Shown piece by piece: positions 18,320-27,643 of a stretch of 64,000 nt of DNA. Below the pieces are notes generated by a model. That model was not told where the DNA came from. It did not search any database and was given only the letters and a program-made list of their open reading frames with translations. Source of the stretch: Clostridiales bacterium (GTDB lineage: Bacteria; Bacillota; Clostridia; Saccharofermentanales; Saccharofermentanaceae); assembly GCA_017513085.1 (NCBI GenBank), contig JAFWDK010000003.1, forward strand, positions 1-64,000. The letters run 5' to 3'. A program made the translations under genes and the position numbers. Each line of letters begins with the position of its first letter. Positions within the stretch are counted from its first letter, which is position 1.

Positions 18320-19351
18320 TTATCCGATCAGTTCCGCAATATCGTAGATCAGGCGGACGGTCTTATTCCAGCCGAGGCACGGATCCGTGATCGACTTTCC
18401 GTAAACACCGCCACCGACTTTCTGACAGCCGTCTTCGATATAGCTCTCCACCATGAATCCCTTAACCAGATTTTTCACCTCCGGGCTGAGTTTCATGGAA
18501 TTCAGTACTTCTTTAATAATTCGCGGCTGCGCGAACGGATTCTTATTTGAATTAGCATGATTCGTGTCGATGATGACCGCCGGATTCATGAGGTTTCTTT
18601 CTTCGTACTGCTCACTTAAGCGGATCAGATCTTCGAAGTGGTAATTCGGCTGCGATTCACCATGCTTATTCGTATAGCCACGCAGGATCGCATGCGCATG
18701 CGGATTTCCATGCGAGTGGATCTCCCAGCCGCGATAGATAAACGTATGAGGATGGGACGCCGCCAGGATCGCATTCAGCATAACGGCGTAGTCACCACTG
18801 GTCGGGTTCTTCATGCCGACAGGAGATGCGATCGCGCTGGCCGTCAGTCTGTGCTGCTGGTCTTCGACGCTTCTTGCACCTACTGCAACGTAAGCGAGAA
18901 GGTCATCGAGGTAGGCATAGTTTTCCGGATAAAGCATCTCGTCGGCACAGGCAAACCCTGTCTCGGCGATGGCGCGCATGTGAAGATGGCGCGTCGCGAT
19001 GATCCCTTTTACAAGATCCGACTTCTCATTCGGGTTCGGCTGATGAAGCATGCCCTTATAGCCCTCGCCTGTAGTTCTCGGCTTGTTGGTATAAATTCGC
19101 GGAACGATGATGATGTTGTCCCGTACTTCCTCCTGGATCGGAGAAAGTCTCGAAATATAGTCCACAACGCTGTCTTCGTTGTCGGCAGAACACGGACCGA
19201 TGATCAGGACCAGCTTATTGCTCATACCCTCCAGCACCTGCTCGATCTCATGTTTAGAGTTTTCCACCGCTCTCTCCATCTCAGAAGTCAGCGGGCACAT
19301 CTCCTTCACTTCCTCCGGAAGCGCCAGTTCTTTTATAAAATCCGCATTCAT
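18320..19351 (-). CDS. aroF: 3-deoxy-7-phosphoheptulonate (DAHP) synthase, class I
   Basis: 'IIGPCSA', 'KPRTTGEGYKG', 'GARSVEDQQHR', 'DTNHANS', 'SITDPCLGW'. Confidence 0.9.
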   Translation of the reverse strand: MNADFIKELALPEEVKEMCPLTSEMERAVENSKHEIEQVLEGMSNKLVLIIGPCSADNEDSVVDYISRLSPIQEEVRDNIIIVPRIYTNKPRTTGEGYKGMLHQPNPNEKSDLVKGIIATRHLHMRAIAETGFACADEMLYPENYAYLDDLLAYVAVGARSVEDQQHRLTASAIASPVGMKNPTSGDYAVMLNAILAASHPHTFIYRGWEIHSHGNPHAHAILRGYTNKHGESQPNYHFEDLIRLSEQYEERNLMNPAVIIDTNHANSNKNPFAQPRIIKEVLNSMKLSPEVKNLVKGFMVESYIEDGCQKVGGGVYGKSITDPCLGWNKTVRLIYDIAELIG

Positions 19352-20214
19352 GCTTTATTCTCCTTCTCAGCAGGTTCCCCGATCCGGATATCCGGCGAAT
19401 AGGTTCCGACCACTTTGATCTTCTCACAGGCTGTCTTGAGCTGTTCCAGCATCCGCCAGCCTTCTTCCGTATCAAGGTGTCCTTCGATCTCCGTGTAAAA
19501 ATAGTACTGCCAGTTCTCATCTTTGACCGGCCGGCTTCGGATGACACGCATATTGTAATTATGTTTTCCGATAATCGAGATCGCACGAGCCAGCGCCCCC
19601 GCAAAATCCCGGATCGTAAAGATCAGGATCGTGTTTTTCAAAGGCTGCATCGTCCCGGTCGTTTCCGGCTTCACAAAGACCGCAAAACGCGTGACATTCT
19701 GCGAACTCTCATTGATGTTCTCTTCAATGACCGAGAGACCGTAAAGCTTGCCTGCACTCCGGCTTCCGATCGCCGCTACGGTGATATCGCCCTTGTCCGC
19801 AACTTCCTTCGCCGCACGGGCCGTGTTCTCGTAAGGGATCACATTGTAACCGTATCTGGCGATATGCTCGCCGCATTGTTCCAACGCCTGTGGATGACTC
19901 ATGACGGTCTTGATCGAATCCGTCGAACTTCCCGGCACACCAAGAAGACACTGGTTGATGGACAATTCAAACACGCCTGTGACTTTAAGGTTGCCGGAAA
20001 ACATCAGGTCCGAAACCTGACCGACTTCACCGGCATAACTGTTTTCAATGGGGAGCACACACGCATCACAGCTGCCCTGCTCCACTCTCTCGTACGCCTC
20101 ACGGAATGTCCGGCACGAGATCTTCTCCCCATCCGGAAAAATCTCTTCCGCCGCCATCGCCGCAAAAGAACCCTCGATTCCACTATATGCGATCTGCTGT
20201 TTTTCTTTCGTCAT
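19348..20214 (-). CDS. pheA: Prephenate dehydratase
   Basis: 'PIENSYAGEV', 'SHPQALEQC', 'NVTRF', ACT domain 'IRSRP'; start at ATG 20214. Confidence 0.88.
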   Translation of the reverse strand: MTKEKQQIAYSGIEGSFAAMAAEEIFPDGEKISCRTFREAYERVEQGSCDACVLPIENSYAGEVGQVSDLMFSGNLKVTGVFELSINQCLLGVPGSSTDSIKTVMSHPQALEQCGEHIARYGYNVIPYENTARAAKEVADKGDITVAAIGSRSAGKLYGLSVIEENINESSQNVTRFAVFVKPETTGTMQPLKNTILIFTIRDFAGALARAISIIGKHNYNMRVIRSRPVKDENWQYYFYTEIEGHLDTEEGWRMLEQLKTACEKIKVVGTYSPDIRIGEPAEKENKA

Positions 20215-20368
20215 ACCAACTCTGCATTCCTCTTTATTCTGTACGAAGCCACTCCGCAGGAACTGCGGCTTAAGTGCTTTCAAGTATAAAAAATATGCGG
20301 TGTCTTTGTAAAGGACACCGCATATCAAAATGATGATAAAAACTTATTCAAATCGACCTTTTCTTGTC

Positions 20369-21652
20369 TTACTGAACTTTGGCGAAGCCTGCTTCGAGAT
20401 CGGCAAGGATATCGTCGATGTGCTCGGTGCCGATGGAAAGGCGGATCGTATTCGGCTTGATGCCTGCTTCCAGAAGCTCTTCTTCGGAGAGCTGGGAGTG
20501 TGTCGTGGAAGCCGGATGAATGACCAGAGACTTCACATCCGCCACATTGGCCAGCAAGGAGAACAGTTCCAGACTCTCGGTGAACTTCTTGGCCTTCTCG
20601 GCATCGCCCTTTATCTCAAATGTAAAGATCGAACCAGCGCCGTTCGGAAAGTAACGGTCGTAAAGTGCTTTTTGCGAAGGAGACGAAACAGACGGATGGT
20701 TAACATTCTCGACCTGAGGATGCTTCTTGAGGAATTCGATCACCTTCAGTGCATTTTCAACATGACGTTCTACGCGGAGAGACAAAGTCTCGAGGCCCTG
20801 CAGGAGCAGGAAGGAATTGAATGGAGAGATCGCTGCGCCCTGGTCACGAAGCAATGTCGTTCTGATCTTGATGATATAAGCGATGTTACCGACTGCTTCT
20901 GTGAATACTACGCCGTGATAGGACGGATTCGGCTTGGAAAGGCCCGGGAACTTATCGTTCTGTGCCCAGTCAAACTTACCGGAATCGACGATGACACCGC
21001 CCATTACCGTACCGTGACCGCCGATAAACTTTGTTGCCGAGTGTACAACGATGTCAGCACCGTGCTCGATCGGGCGGAGATTATAAGGTGTAGCAAATGT
21101 ATTGTCCACGATGAGCGGTACACCGTTGGCATGTGCGATCTTGGAAACAGCTTCCAGATCCAGCACATCGGAATTCGGATTGCCGAGTGTCTCGGCGAAG
21201 AACAGTTTCGTGTTCGGCTTCACTGCTTTAGCAAAATTCTCCGGATCTGCCGGATCGACGAATGTCGTCTCGACGCCCTGCTCACGGAGCGTGTGGGCCA
21301 GAAGGTTAAAGGAACCGCCGTAGATATTCTTGGATGCGACTACATGATCACCGGAAGTTGCGATATTCTGGATCGCGTAAGTGATGGCGGCAGCGCCGGA
21401 AGAAACGGCAAGAGCTCCGACACCACCTTCAAGAGCGGCAATTCTCTTCTCAAAAACATCTGATGTCGGGTTCATGAGACGTGTGTAAATGTTACCGGGT
21501 TCTGTAAGACCGAAGCGGCCGGCTGCGGTTGCAGCGTCTTTAAAGACATAAGATGTTGTGGCATAAATCGGTACTGCGCGGGAGTCCGTACCCGGATCCG
21601 GCTGTTCCTGACCTACGTGAAGTTGTAATGTTTCAAATTTATAGTTGCTCAT
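20369..21652 (-). CDS. metY: O-acetylhomoserine/O-acetylserine sulfhydrylase
   Basis: 'FETLQLHVGQ', 'GNIYTRLMNPT', 'HSATKFIGGHG', 'HPASTTHSQL'. Confidence 0.93.
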   Translation of the reverse strand: MSNYKFETLQLHVGQEQPDPGTDSRAVPIYATTSYVFKDAATAAGRFGLTEPGNIYTRLMNPTSDVFEKRIAALEGGVGALAVSSGAAAITYAIQNIATSGDHVVASKNIYGGSFNLLAHTLREQGVETTFVDPADPENFAKAVKPNTKLFFAETLGNPNSDVLDLEAVSKIAHANGVPLIVDNTFATPYNLRPIEHGADIVVHSATKFIGGHGTVMGGVIVDSGKFDWAQNDKFPGLSKPNPSYHGVVFTEAVGNIAYIIKIRTTLLRDQGAAISPFNSFLLLQGLETLSLRVERHVENALKVIEFLKKHPQVENVNHPSVSSPSQKALYDRYFPNGAGSIFTFEIKGDAEKAKKFTESLELFSLLANVADVKSLVIHPASTTHSQLSEEELLEAGIKPNTIRLSIGTEHIDDILADLEAGFAKVQ

Positions 21653-21748
21653 ATTTAAATCTCCTTTTCGAATCGAATCTGTTGTTATGTTTTTGCATTT
21701 GTTTGAACTGATTTTCTGATGAATAATCTTTCATCAATCTTTTGTGCA

Positions 21749-21814
21749 TCAACATCGACACATTCGTCCGAATCGGTAATTCTGTCTGTTCAATCGGATA
21801 AGTAGATCCTTCAT
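21749..21814 (-). CDS. Candidate 21-aa leader peptide MKDLLIRLNRQNYRFGRMCRC upstream of metY
   Basis: GAGGT RBS 7 nt before ATG 21814; ends TGT-CGA-TGT-TGA; lies between the predicted promoter and metY. Confidence 0.6.
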   Translation of the reverse strand: MKDLLIRLNRQNYRFGRMCRC

Positions 21815-21904
21815 TTTGTTAACCTCACTTTGCAGGGTTTTGATCCAGCGGTGATCCATTCCGCGAACCCTGTTTTTCACCCACCGCCTCGGTAGGTTGT
21901 TTGC

Positions 21905-21939
21905 ATGATACCAACAACTCACCTACTGTGTCAATAGGT
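21905..21939 (-). promoter_or_regulatory. metY promoter overlapped by an ACCTA-N9-TAGGT palindrome (Rrf2/CymR-like operator candidate)
   Basis: TTGACA (21934-21929), 18 bp, TGn-TATCAT (21910-21905); ACCTACTGTGTCAATAGGT at 21921-21939. Confidence 0.6.
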
Positions 21940-21968
21940 CAATAAGTGCAGGTTATAACGTCACGTAG

Positions 21969-22009
21969 AAAAACCGAAAGCGCCTCTGGCAGAGGCGCTT
22001 TCAGATTTT
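21969..22009. terminator. Intrinsic terminator downstream of thiC (possibly bidirectional)
   Basis: GAAAGCGCCTCTG (21976-21988) / CAGAGGCGCTTTC (21990-22002), flanked by A and T runs. Confidence 0.7.
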
Positions 22010-22147
22010 CTGTTAACTTGTACGAAGCACTTTTTCGACCATCTTTTATAACCGGTTATAAGAAAGGCGTATAACCCCGACAGATGGGCGGAGGTGCAGA
22101 TGGGCGGATGTGCGGGAGCGTCATCCTTCGAACAGAGGCCCGCGTGA

Positions 22148-23452
22148 TCAGAGGATATCGATATACTCACCGGCCAGTGCTTTGTTCATGCTACGGACGG
22201 CACAGAACTTACCGCACATGGAACAGCTTTCTTCGATCTCCGGGGAGCGGTCATCACGGATACGCTTCGCTGTCTCCGGATCGATGGCGCAGTTCCACTG
22301 TTCCTCCCAGTCGAAATTTCTTCTGGCATCAGACATGCGGTCATCGATATCTCTTGCATGCGGAACTTTCTTGGCAATATCCGCTGCATGTGCGGCAATA
22401 CGCGATGCAATGATGCCCTGCTTAACATCATCCACATTCGGCAAAGCCAGATGCTCCGCAGGCGTAACATAGCACAGGAATGCCGCGCCGGCCTTTGCCG
22501 CAATGGCACCGCCGATCGCCGACGTAATATGGTCATAACCCGGAGCAATATCCGTAACAAGTGGTCCGAGAACATAAAACGGTGCTCCATTACAGATCCT
22601 CTGCTGGATCTTCATGTTCGCTTCGATCTCATCCATCGCCATATGGCCAGGTCCTTCCACCATGACCTGCACGTCTTTCTCCCATGCACGTCTGGTAAGT
22701 TCACCGAGGCGGACCAGCTCCTCGATCTGGCAAACATCGCTTGAATCCGCAAGACATCCGGGACGGCACGCGTCGCCCAAAGAGATCGTCACATCATATT
22801 CACGGCAGATCTCCAGGATCTCATCATAATACTCATAGAAAGGATTCTCCTCTCCGGTCATACACATCCATGCAAAAACAAGAGAACCGCCACGGGAAAC
22901 GATGTTCATCTTTCTTCCCACTTTCTTGATCTGCTCGATCGTTTTTCTCGTAATACCGCAATGAAGTGTGACAAAATCCACTCCGTCTTCAGCATGAAGA
23001 CGTACAACGTCGATAAAGTCTTTCGCCGTCAAAGTCGAAAGATCTCTCTGGTAATGGATCACGCTGTCATATACCGGAACCGTACCGATCATGGCGGGGC
23101 ATTCGGAAGTCAGTTTTCTTCGGAACGGCTGGGTATTTCCATGCGAGGACAGATCCATGATCGCCTCCGCGCCCATGTCCACCGCAGCCATTACTTTCTT
23201 CATTTCAATATCGTAGTCTTTACAATCCTTCGAAACGCCGAGATTCACATTGATCTTCGTTTTAAGCATCGATCCGACACCATTCGGTTCGATACAAGTG
23301 TGCAGACGATTGCAGCAGATCGCCACTTTTCCCTCGGCAACCAGGCTTCGGATCTCCTCTTCCGTTCTATATTCTTTCTGTGCGACTTTCTTCATCTCCG
23401 GAGTCACGATGCCTTTTCGCGCCGCCTCCATCTGTGTTTTATACTCTCTCAT
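22148..23452 (-). CDS. thiC: Phosphomethylpyrimidine synthase
   Basis: 'VSRGGS', 'EGPGHM', '[11 protein letters not shown]', 'CYVTPAEHL', C-terminal 'CSMCGKFC'. Confidence 0.95.
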   Translation of the reverse strand: MREYKTQMEAARKGIVTPEMKKVAQKEYRTEEEIRSLVAEGKVAICCNRLHTCIEPNGVGSMLKTKINVNLGVSKDCKDYDIEMKKVMAAVDMGAEAIMDLSSHGNTQPFRRKLTSECPAMIGTVPVYDSVIHYQRDLSTLTAKDFIDVVRLHAEDGVDFVTLHCGITRKTIEQIKKVGRKMNIVSRGGSLVFAWMCMTGEENPFYEYYDEILEICREYDVTISLGDACRPGCLADSSDVCQIEELVRLGELTRRAWEKDVQVMVEGPGHMAMDEIEANMKIQQRICNGAPFYVLGPLVTDIAPGYDHITSAIGGAIAAKAGAAFLCYVTPAEHLALPNVDDVKQGIIASRIAAHAADIAKKVPHARDIDDRMSDARRNFDWEEQWNCAIDPETAKRIRDDRSPEIEESCSMCGKFCAVRSMNKALAGEYIDIL

Positions 23453-24242
23453 TTTCCACATCCTCCCTTAATATAAAATTGTGCATGAGCGGACCACTTC
23501 CTTGTCCCAGGTCAAGGCCGACACGAAGGCAGTCCGAAATATATTTCTTCGCCCCGAGCACTGCATCGGAGAGTGCTTTTCCCTTGGCAAGATTTGCAGC
23601 GATCGCTGATGAAAGTGTGCATCCGGTTCCGTGAGTGTTCGGGTTATCGATCCGTTCGCCATGAAACCATGTCATCTTTCCTTTTTCACAAAGAAGATCG
23701 TCTGCATCGCAAATGCTGTGCCCGCCTTTTACCAGGACCGCGGCGCCAAGGCCTGCGATCTTCTTTGCGGCTTGTTCCATATCTTCTTTCGTATGTATTT
23801 CCATACCGGAAAGGATCTGTGCTTCAGGTATGTTAGGTGTGACTAACCTCGCAAACGGAAGAAGTTTTTGAACTAAAACTTCGATCGCTTTGTCGTCGAT
23901 CAGTTTACTTCCACTCGTCGCCACCATGACCGGATCCAAAACGATATTTTTCGCGTCGTAAAAGCGCAATCTTTCCGCGATCACTTCGATCAGTTCCGGC
24001 GAAGAAACCATACCGATCTTCACCGCGTCCGGAAAGATATCCGTAAACACTGAATCGATCTGTTGTTTCAGAAATTCCGGTGTAACCTCGAAGATCCCCG
24101 AAACGCCTGTCGTATTTTGTGCCGTCAACGCCGTGATCACGTTCATGGCATAAACGCCGTTCATGGTTATAGTCTTAATATCTGCCGTGACGCCTGCGCC
24201 ACCGGAACAGTCATTTCCTGCAATCGTCAGCGCTGTCTTCAT
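23439..24242 (-). CDS. thiD: HMP/HMP-P kinase
   Basis: '[13 protein letters not shown]', 'TAQNTTGV', 'DPVMVATSG', '[12 protein letters not shown]'. Confidence 0.95.
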   Translation of the reverse strand: MKTALTIAGNDCSGGAGVTADIKTITMNGVYAMNVITALTAQNTTGVSGIFEVTPEFLKQQIDSVFTDIFPDAVKIGMVSSPELIEVIAERLRFYDAKNIVLDPVMVATSGSKLIDDKAIEVLVQKLLPFARLVTPNIPEAQILSGMEIHTKEDMEQAAKKIAGLGAAVLVKGGHSICDADDLLCEKGKMTWFHGERIDNPNTHGTGCTLSSAIAANLAKGKALSDAVLGAKKYISDCLRVGLDLGQGSGPLMHNFILREDVENERV

Positions 24243-24895
24243 GCTTCCACCATCCTCTTCGTCTTCTCATAAAGATCACGCGTCGCCATAAAGATATCCT
24301 TCGCACCGAAGATAGCACTGATCACAGCGATTCCGCAGATTCCCGAACCGGCAAGTTCTGAAACATTATCTGCACTGATCCCTCCGATCGCAATGACAGG
24401 AATCGAAACCGCCTCACAGATGGCTTTCAATGTTTCACCCGTCACTTCCACCGCATCATCTTTCGACCCTGTCGGGAACACTGCTCCGACGCCAAGATAA
24501 TCCGCACCACGCTGCTCCGCCAGCACCGCCTGCTCCACCGTCTGGGCCGACACACCCAGGATCGCATTCGGTCCCAGAAGCGCTCTTACATCACCCGCTT
24601 CCATATCGCTCTGCCCGACATGCACGCCATCCGCGCCCATACGCCGCGCGATCTCCACATTATCGTTGACGACAAAAGGCACTCCCATCTTTCTGCACAG
24701 TGCAGCGATTTCTCTTGCTTCTTCTTCAAAAGCACTTTCGTCGAGGTTCTTTTCGCGTAGTTGTATGAATGTTGCGCCTCCGCAGATGGCTTGTTCGACT
24801 TGTTGGAGAAGGGTCTGCTTTCCTGTCCAGCGTCGATCGGTGACGGCATAAAGAAGAAGTGACTCTTTAAGCTTTTCTTTCTCATCGGATCTCAT
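24239..24895 (-). CDS. thiE: Thiamine-phosphate synthase
   Basis: 'LYAVTDR', 'QLREK', 'VND', 'GVHVGQSD', 'AIGGI'; start at ATG 24895. Confidence 0.93.
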   Translation of the reverse strand: MRSDEKEKLKESLLLYAVTDRRWTGKQTLLQQVEQAICGGATFIQLREKNLDESAFEEEAREIAALCRKMGVPFVVNDNVEIARRMGADGVHVGQSDMEAGDVRALLGPNAILGVSAQTVEQAVLAEQRGADYLGVGAVFPTGSKDDAVEVTGETLKAICEAVSIPVIAIGGISADNVSELAGSGICGIAVISAIFGAKDIFMATRDLYEKTKRMVEA

Positions 24896-25733
24896 ATTTT
24901 GCACCTGCTTCCAATGTCTTGCTGTCCATGTTGAAAATGGCATCAATAATGCGGTTACGGTATGTGGAGTTTCCATCTCCATCCTGCATTCTGCTCCAGC
25001 CGATCTCACCGGCAAGCCCCATCAGGCAGACCGCCGCAGCGACTGCATCCACTTTATTGTCCGGATTGGCCACCGCGTAGGCAGCGCATACAGTGGAAAG
25101 CTGACAACCGGTTCCTGTGATCCGGCTCATCTCTTTTCTACCATTACGGATCACGTAGCAGACATTCTCATCAGCAACGAGATCGATCGCGCCGGTGATT
25201 GCAATTACAGAGCCGGTCTTTGCGGCAAATGCTTTTACAAAATTGACCATATCATCCAGGTTATCTTCGGTGACCGTGTCAGCTGCATCTGCGTCCACGC
25301 CTTTCGTCGTTCCCGAACCTTTTGCCAGTGTCTTGATCTCCGAAATATTGCCACGGATCACATCCGGATGGATCTTATTCACGATCGTCTGCGCGGTAGT
25401 AGTTCGAAGTGTACTGGCGCCGGCGCCGACCGGATCGAGCAAAACCACGTGCCCCAGTTCTTTTGCACGCGCACCGGCAATCATCATAGCTTCAATCGAA
25501 CGTTCATTCAGTGTACCGATATTGATATTCAAGCCGCCGCAGATCGATGTGATCTCATAAACATCCTTTGGCTCATCCGACATGATCGGGCTGCCCCCGC
25601 ACGCGAGAAGCGCATTGGCCACATCATTGACCGTAACGTAATTCGTGATGTTGTGGATCAAGGGTGTCTTTGCATGTACAGCCTCCAGGCATTCTCCCAA
25701 GGAGCGACGTGTCTTTCCATTCATCAAACTCAT
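24882..25733 (-). CDS. thiM: Hydroxyethylthiazole kinase
   Basis: 'PLIHNITNYVTVNDVAN', 'NIGTL', 'LDPVGAGAS', 'ITGTGCQL'. Confidence 0.95.
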   Translation of the reverse strand: MSLMNGKTRRSLGECLEAVHAKTPLIHNITNYVTVNDVANALLACGGSPIMSDEPKDVYEITSICGGLNINIGTLNERSIEAMMIAGARAKELGHVVLLDPVGAGASTLRTTTAQTIVNKIHPDVIRGNISEIKTLAKGSGTTKGVDADAADTVTEDNLDDMVNFVKAFAAKTGSVIAITGAIDLVADENVCYVIRNGRKEMSRITGTGCQLSTVCAAYAVANPDNKVDAVAAAVCLMGLAGEIGWSRMQDGDGNSTYRNRIIDAIFNMDSKTLEAGAKYEIR

Positions 25734-25810
25734 AAAATCCTCTTTTCCCGTCTTTCCGACGTCTCATGATCTGAAACTAAACAGGAATCTTGATTGATCA
25801 ACTAAGCAGC

Positions 25811-25950
25811 AAAAAAGCTGCCCTTGATCGGACAGCTTCTCGAAAATACCATATTTTACCAGGCATCCCTACGTTGGCATTATCCAAATCAGGTTATGGG
25901 TCGAAGGTGATCACCTTCCTCTCAGCCTGTAACACAAGCTCCCCTCTGTT
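25811..25950 (-). ncRNA. TPP riboswitch with terminator
   Basis: Minus strand GGGGAGC...GGCUGAGAG...GACCC..AACCUGAUUUGGAUAAUGCCAACGUAGGGA (25945-25866); terminator AGCUGUCC..GGGCAGCU-UUUUU at 25830-25811; upstream TTGCGC-17-TACAAT promoter. Confidence 0.95.
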
Positions 25951-26081
25951 CAGTTTTCTGCAGGATTGTAGCACAAGGGGCAACCACGCGCAAGACTCTC
26001 TTCTTCCCTTTCTGACGTGGCACAGTATAATCTCATACATCAAACAATTCTTTCGTGTTTTTCGTCCGACTTTCCAACTAC

Positions 26082-26110
26082 AAAAAAGGGACTCTTTCAC
26101 CAAGAGTCCC
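26082..26110 (-). terminator. Intrinsic terminator after gltD
   Basis: GGGACTCTT / AAGAGTCCC stem plus T6 on the minus strand. Confidence 0.75.
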
Positions 26111-26134
26111 CTCATCCGCATTATGCATTCAAAC

Positions 26135-27643
26135 TTACAGCACGCCGTGCCCGTTCATGAGATACCGGTCACACTCCCTCGCAGCGCCGCGGCCCTCAGT
26201 CAACGCCCAAACGACGAGCGACTGCCCACGCCGCATATCGCCGGCTGCGAAGACACCTTCTACAGAAGTGCAGAACTTGCCGAACTCCGCGGCAACATTG
26301 CTTCTCCCGTCACGCTCCAGTCCAAGCGCGCTTGGCAAAGTATCTTCCGGTCCTAAAAAGCCCATCGCCAGGATGACCAGATCCGCATCGATCGTTCTTC
26401 TCGTCGCCTCGATCGGAACCGGCGACATACGCCCTGTCGCAGGATCTTTTTCCCAGGAAACCTGCACGACCTGAAGCTTTTTCACATTACCTTTTGCATC
26501 ACCGATAAACTTCTCGGTCGACATGAAATACTGACGCGGATCATCTCCATATACAAAAGCAACTTCCTCCTGTCCGTAATCCGTCTTCTTCACGAACGGA
26601 TACTCCGGCCACGGGTTGTTCGCTGCACGCGTCTGCGGAAGCGGTCCCATGATCTCCAGCTGCGTCACACTCTTGGCGCCTTGACGCACTGCCGTCGCAG
26701 AACAGTCGGTACCGGTATCGCCACCGCCGATGATCACGACATGCTTACCCTTTGCAGAAATCGCAAGATCCGGCGCCGGCCCTTCCTTATCGAAATGATC
26801 CTTTGCGAAAAGCGCCTGGGTGTTTGTCCGCAAGTAATCCACGGCAAAGTGGATGCCTTTAAGTTCTCGCCCTTCCACGACCAGATTACGTGGTTTGGTC
26901 GCGCCACAGCAGAGGACTACGGCATCAAAACTGCTACGGATCTCTTCAATGGTAATATCGTGACCGACCTCCACGCCGCACTTAAAAGTGACGCCTTCTT
27001 CTTCCATGAGTTTCACTCGGCGGAGAATGACCTGTTTATCCAGTTTCATATTCGGAATACCATACATAAGAAGTCCACCCGGACGGTCAGCACGTTCAAA
27101 CACTGTAACCAGATGTCCCGCGTGGTTGAGCTGATCCGCACAGGAAAGACCGGACGGACCGGACCCGATCACGGCTACTTTTTTACCGGTACGGCTCTTC
27201 GGCCGATTCGGTTTCATGGCGCCGCTTTTCCAGGCTGTTTCCGACAGGAACCATTCGTTATTTCTTACCGACGTCGAAGCAAAATTATGCCCACAAGTAC
27301 AAGCACCTTCGCAAAGCGCCGGGCAAACACGGCCGGTGAATTCAGGAAATCCGTTGGTCTTACGTAGTCTTTTGTATGCGTCTTCAAAACGTCCGTGATA
27401 CAAAAGATCGTTAAATTCCGGGATCAGATTGGAAAGCGGGCATCCTGTTGCACCACGTCCCAGGAACATACCTGTCTGGCAAAAAGGCACGCCACAGTCC
27501 ATACAGCGTGCGCCCTGTGTAATGGCGTCTTCTTCGCTCTGGTAGATCTGATGTACTTCGCGGTAATCACGAACGCGGTCTTTGATTTCACGATCCGGTC
27601 CGATTGCTCTTTCGTATTCCAGAAACCCCGTATTCTTACCCAT
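26135..27643 (-). CDS. gltD: Glutamate synthase small subunit
   Basis: '[10 protein letters not shown]', '[11 protein letters not shown]', 'GSGPSG', 'GGGDTGTDC', '[13 protein letters not shown]'. Confidence 0.95.
   Translation of the reverse strand: MGKNTGFLEYERAIGPDREIKDRVRDYREVHQIYQSEEDAITQGARCMDCGVPFCQTGMFLGRGATGCPLSNLIPEFNDLLYHGRFEDAYKRLRKTNGFPEFTGRVCPALCEGACTCGHNFASTSVRNNEWFLSETAWKSGAMKPNRPKSRTGKKVAVIGSGPSGLSCADQLNHAGHLVTVFERADRPGGLLMYGIPNMKLDKQVILRRVKLMEEEGVTFKCGVEVGHDITIEEIRSSFDAVVLCCGATKPRNLVVEGRELKGIHFAVDYLRTNTQALFAKDHFDKEGPAPDLAISAKGKHVVIIGGGDTGTDCSATAVRQGAKSVTQLEIMGPLPQTRAANNPWPEYPFVKKTDYGQEEVAFVYGDDPRQYFMSTEKFIGDAKGNVKKLQVVQVSWEKDPATGRMSPVPIEATRRTIDADLVILAMGFLGPEDTLPSALGLERDGRSNVAAEFGKFCTSVEGVFAAGDMRRGQSLVVWALTEGRGAARECDRYLMNGHGVL

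Noticed and set aside
20330-21463. 377-aa plus-strand ORF
   Set aside because: Antisense to metY.
21660-21900. SAM-I riboswitch or T-box in the metY leader
   Set aside because: No AUC-x-AGA...GCAACC SAM-I core and no GGUGG-x-ACC T-box motif seen on the minus strand.
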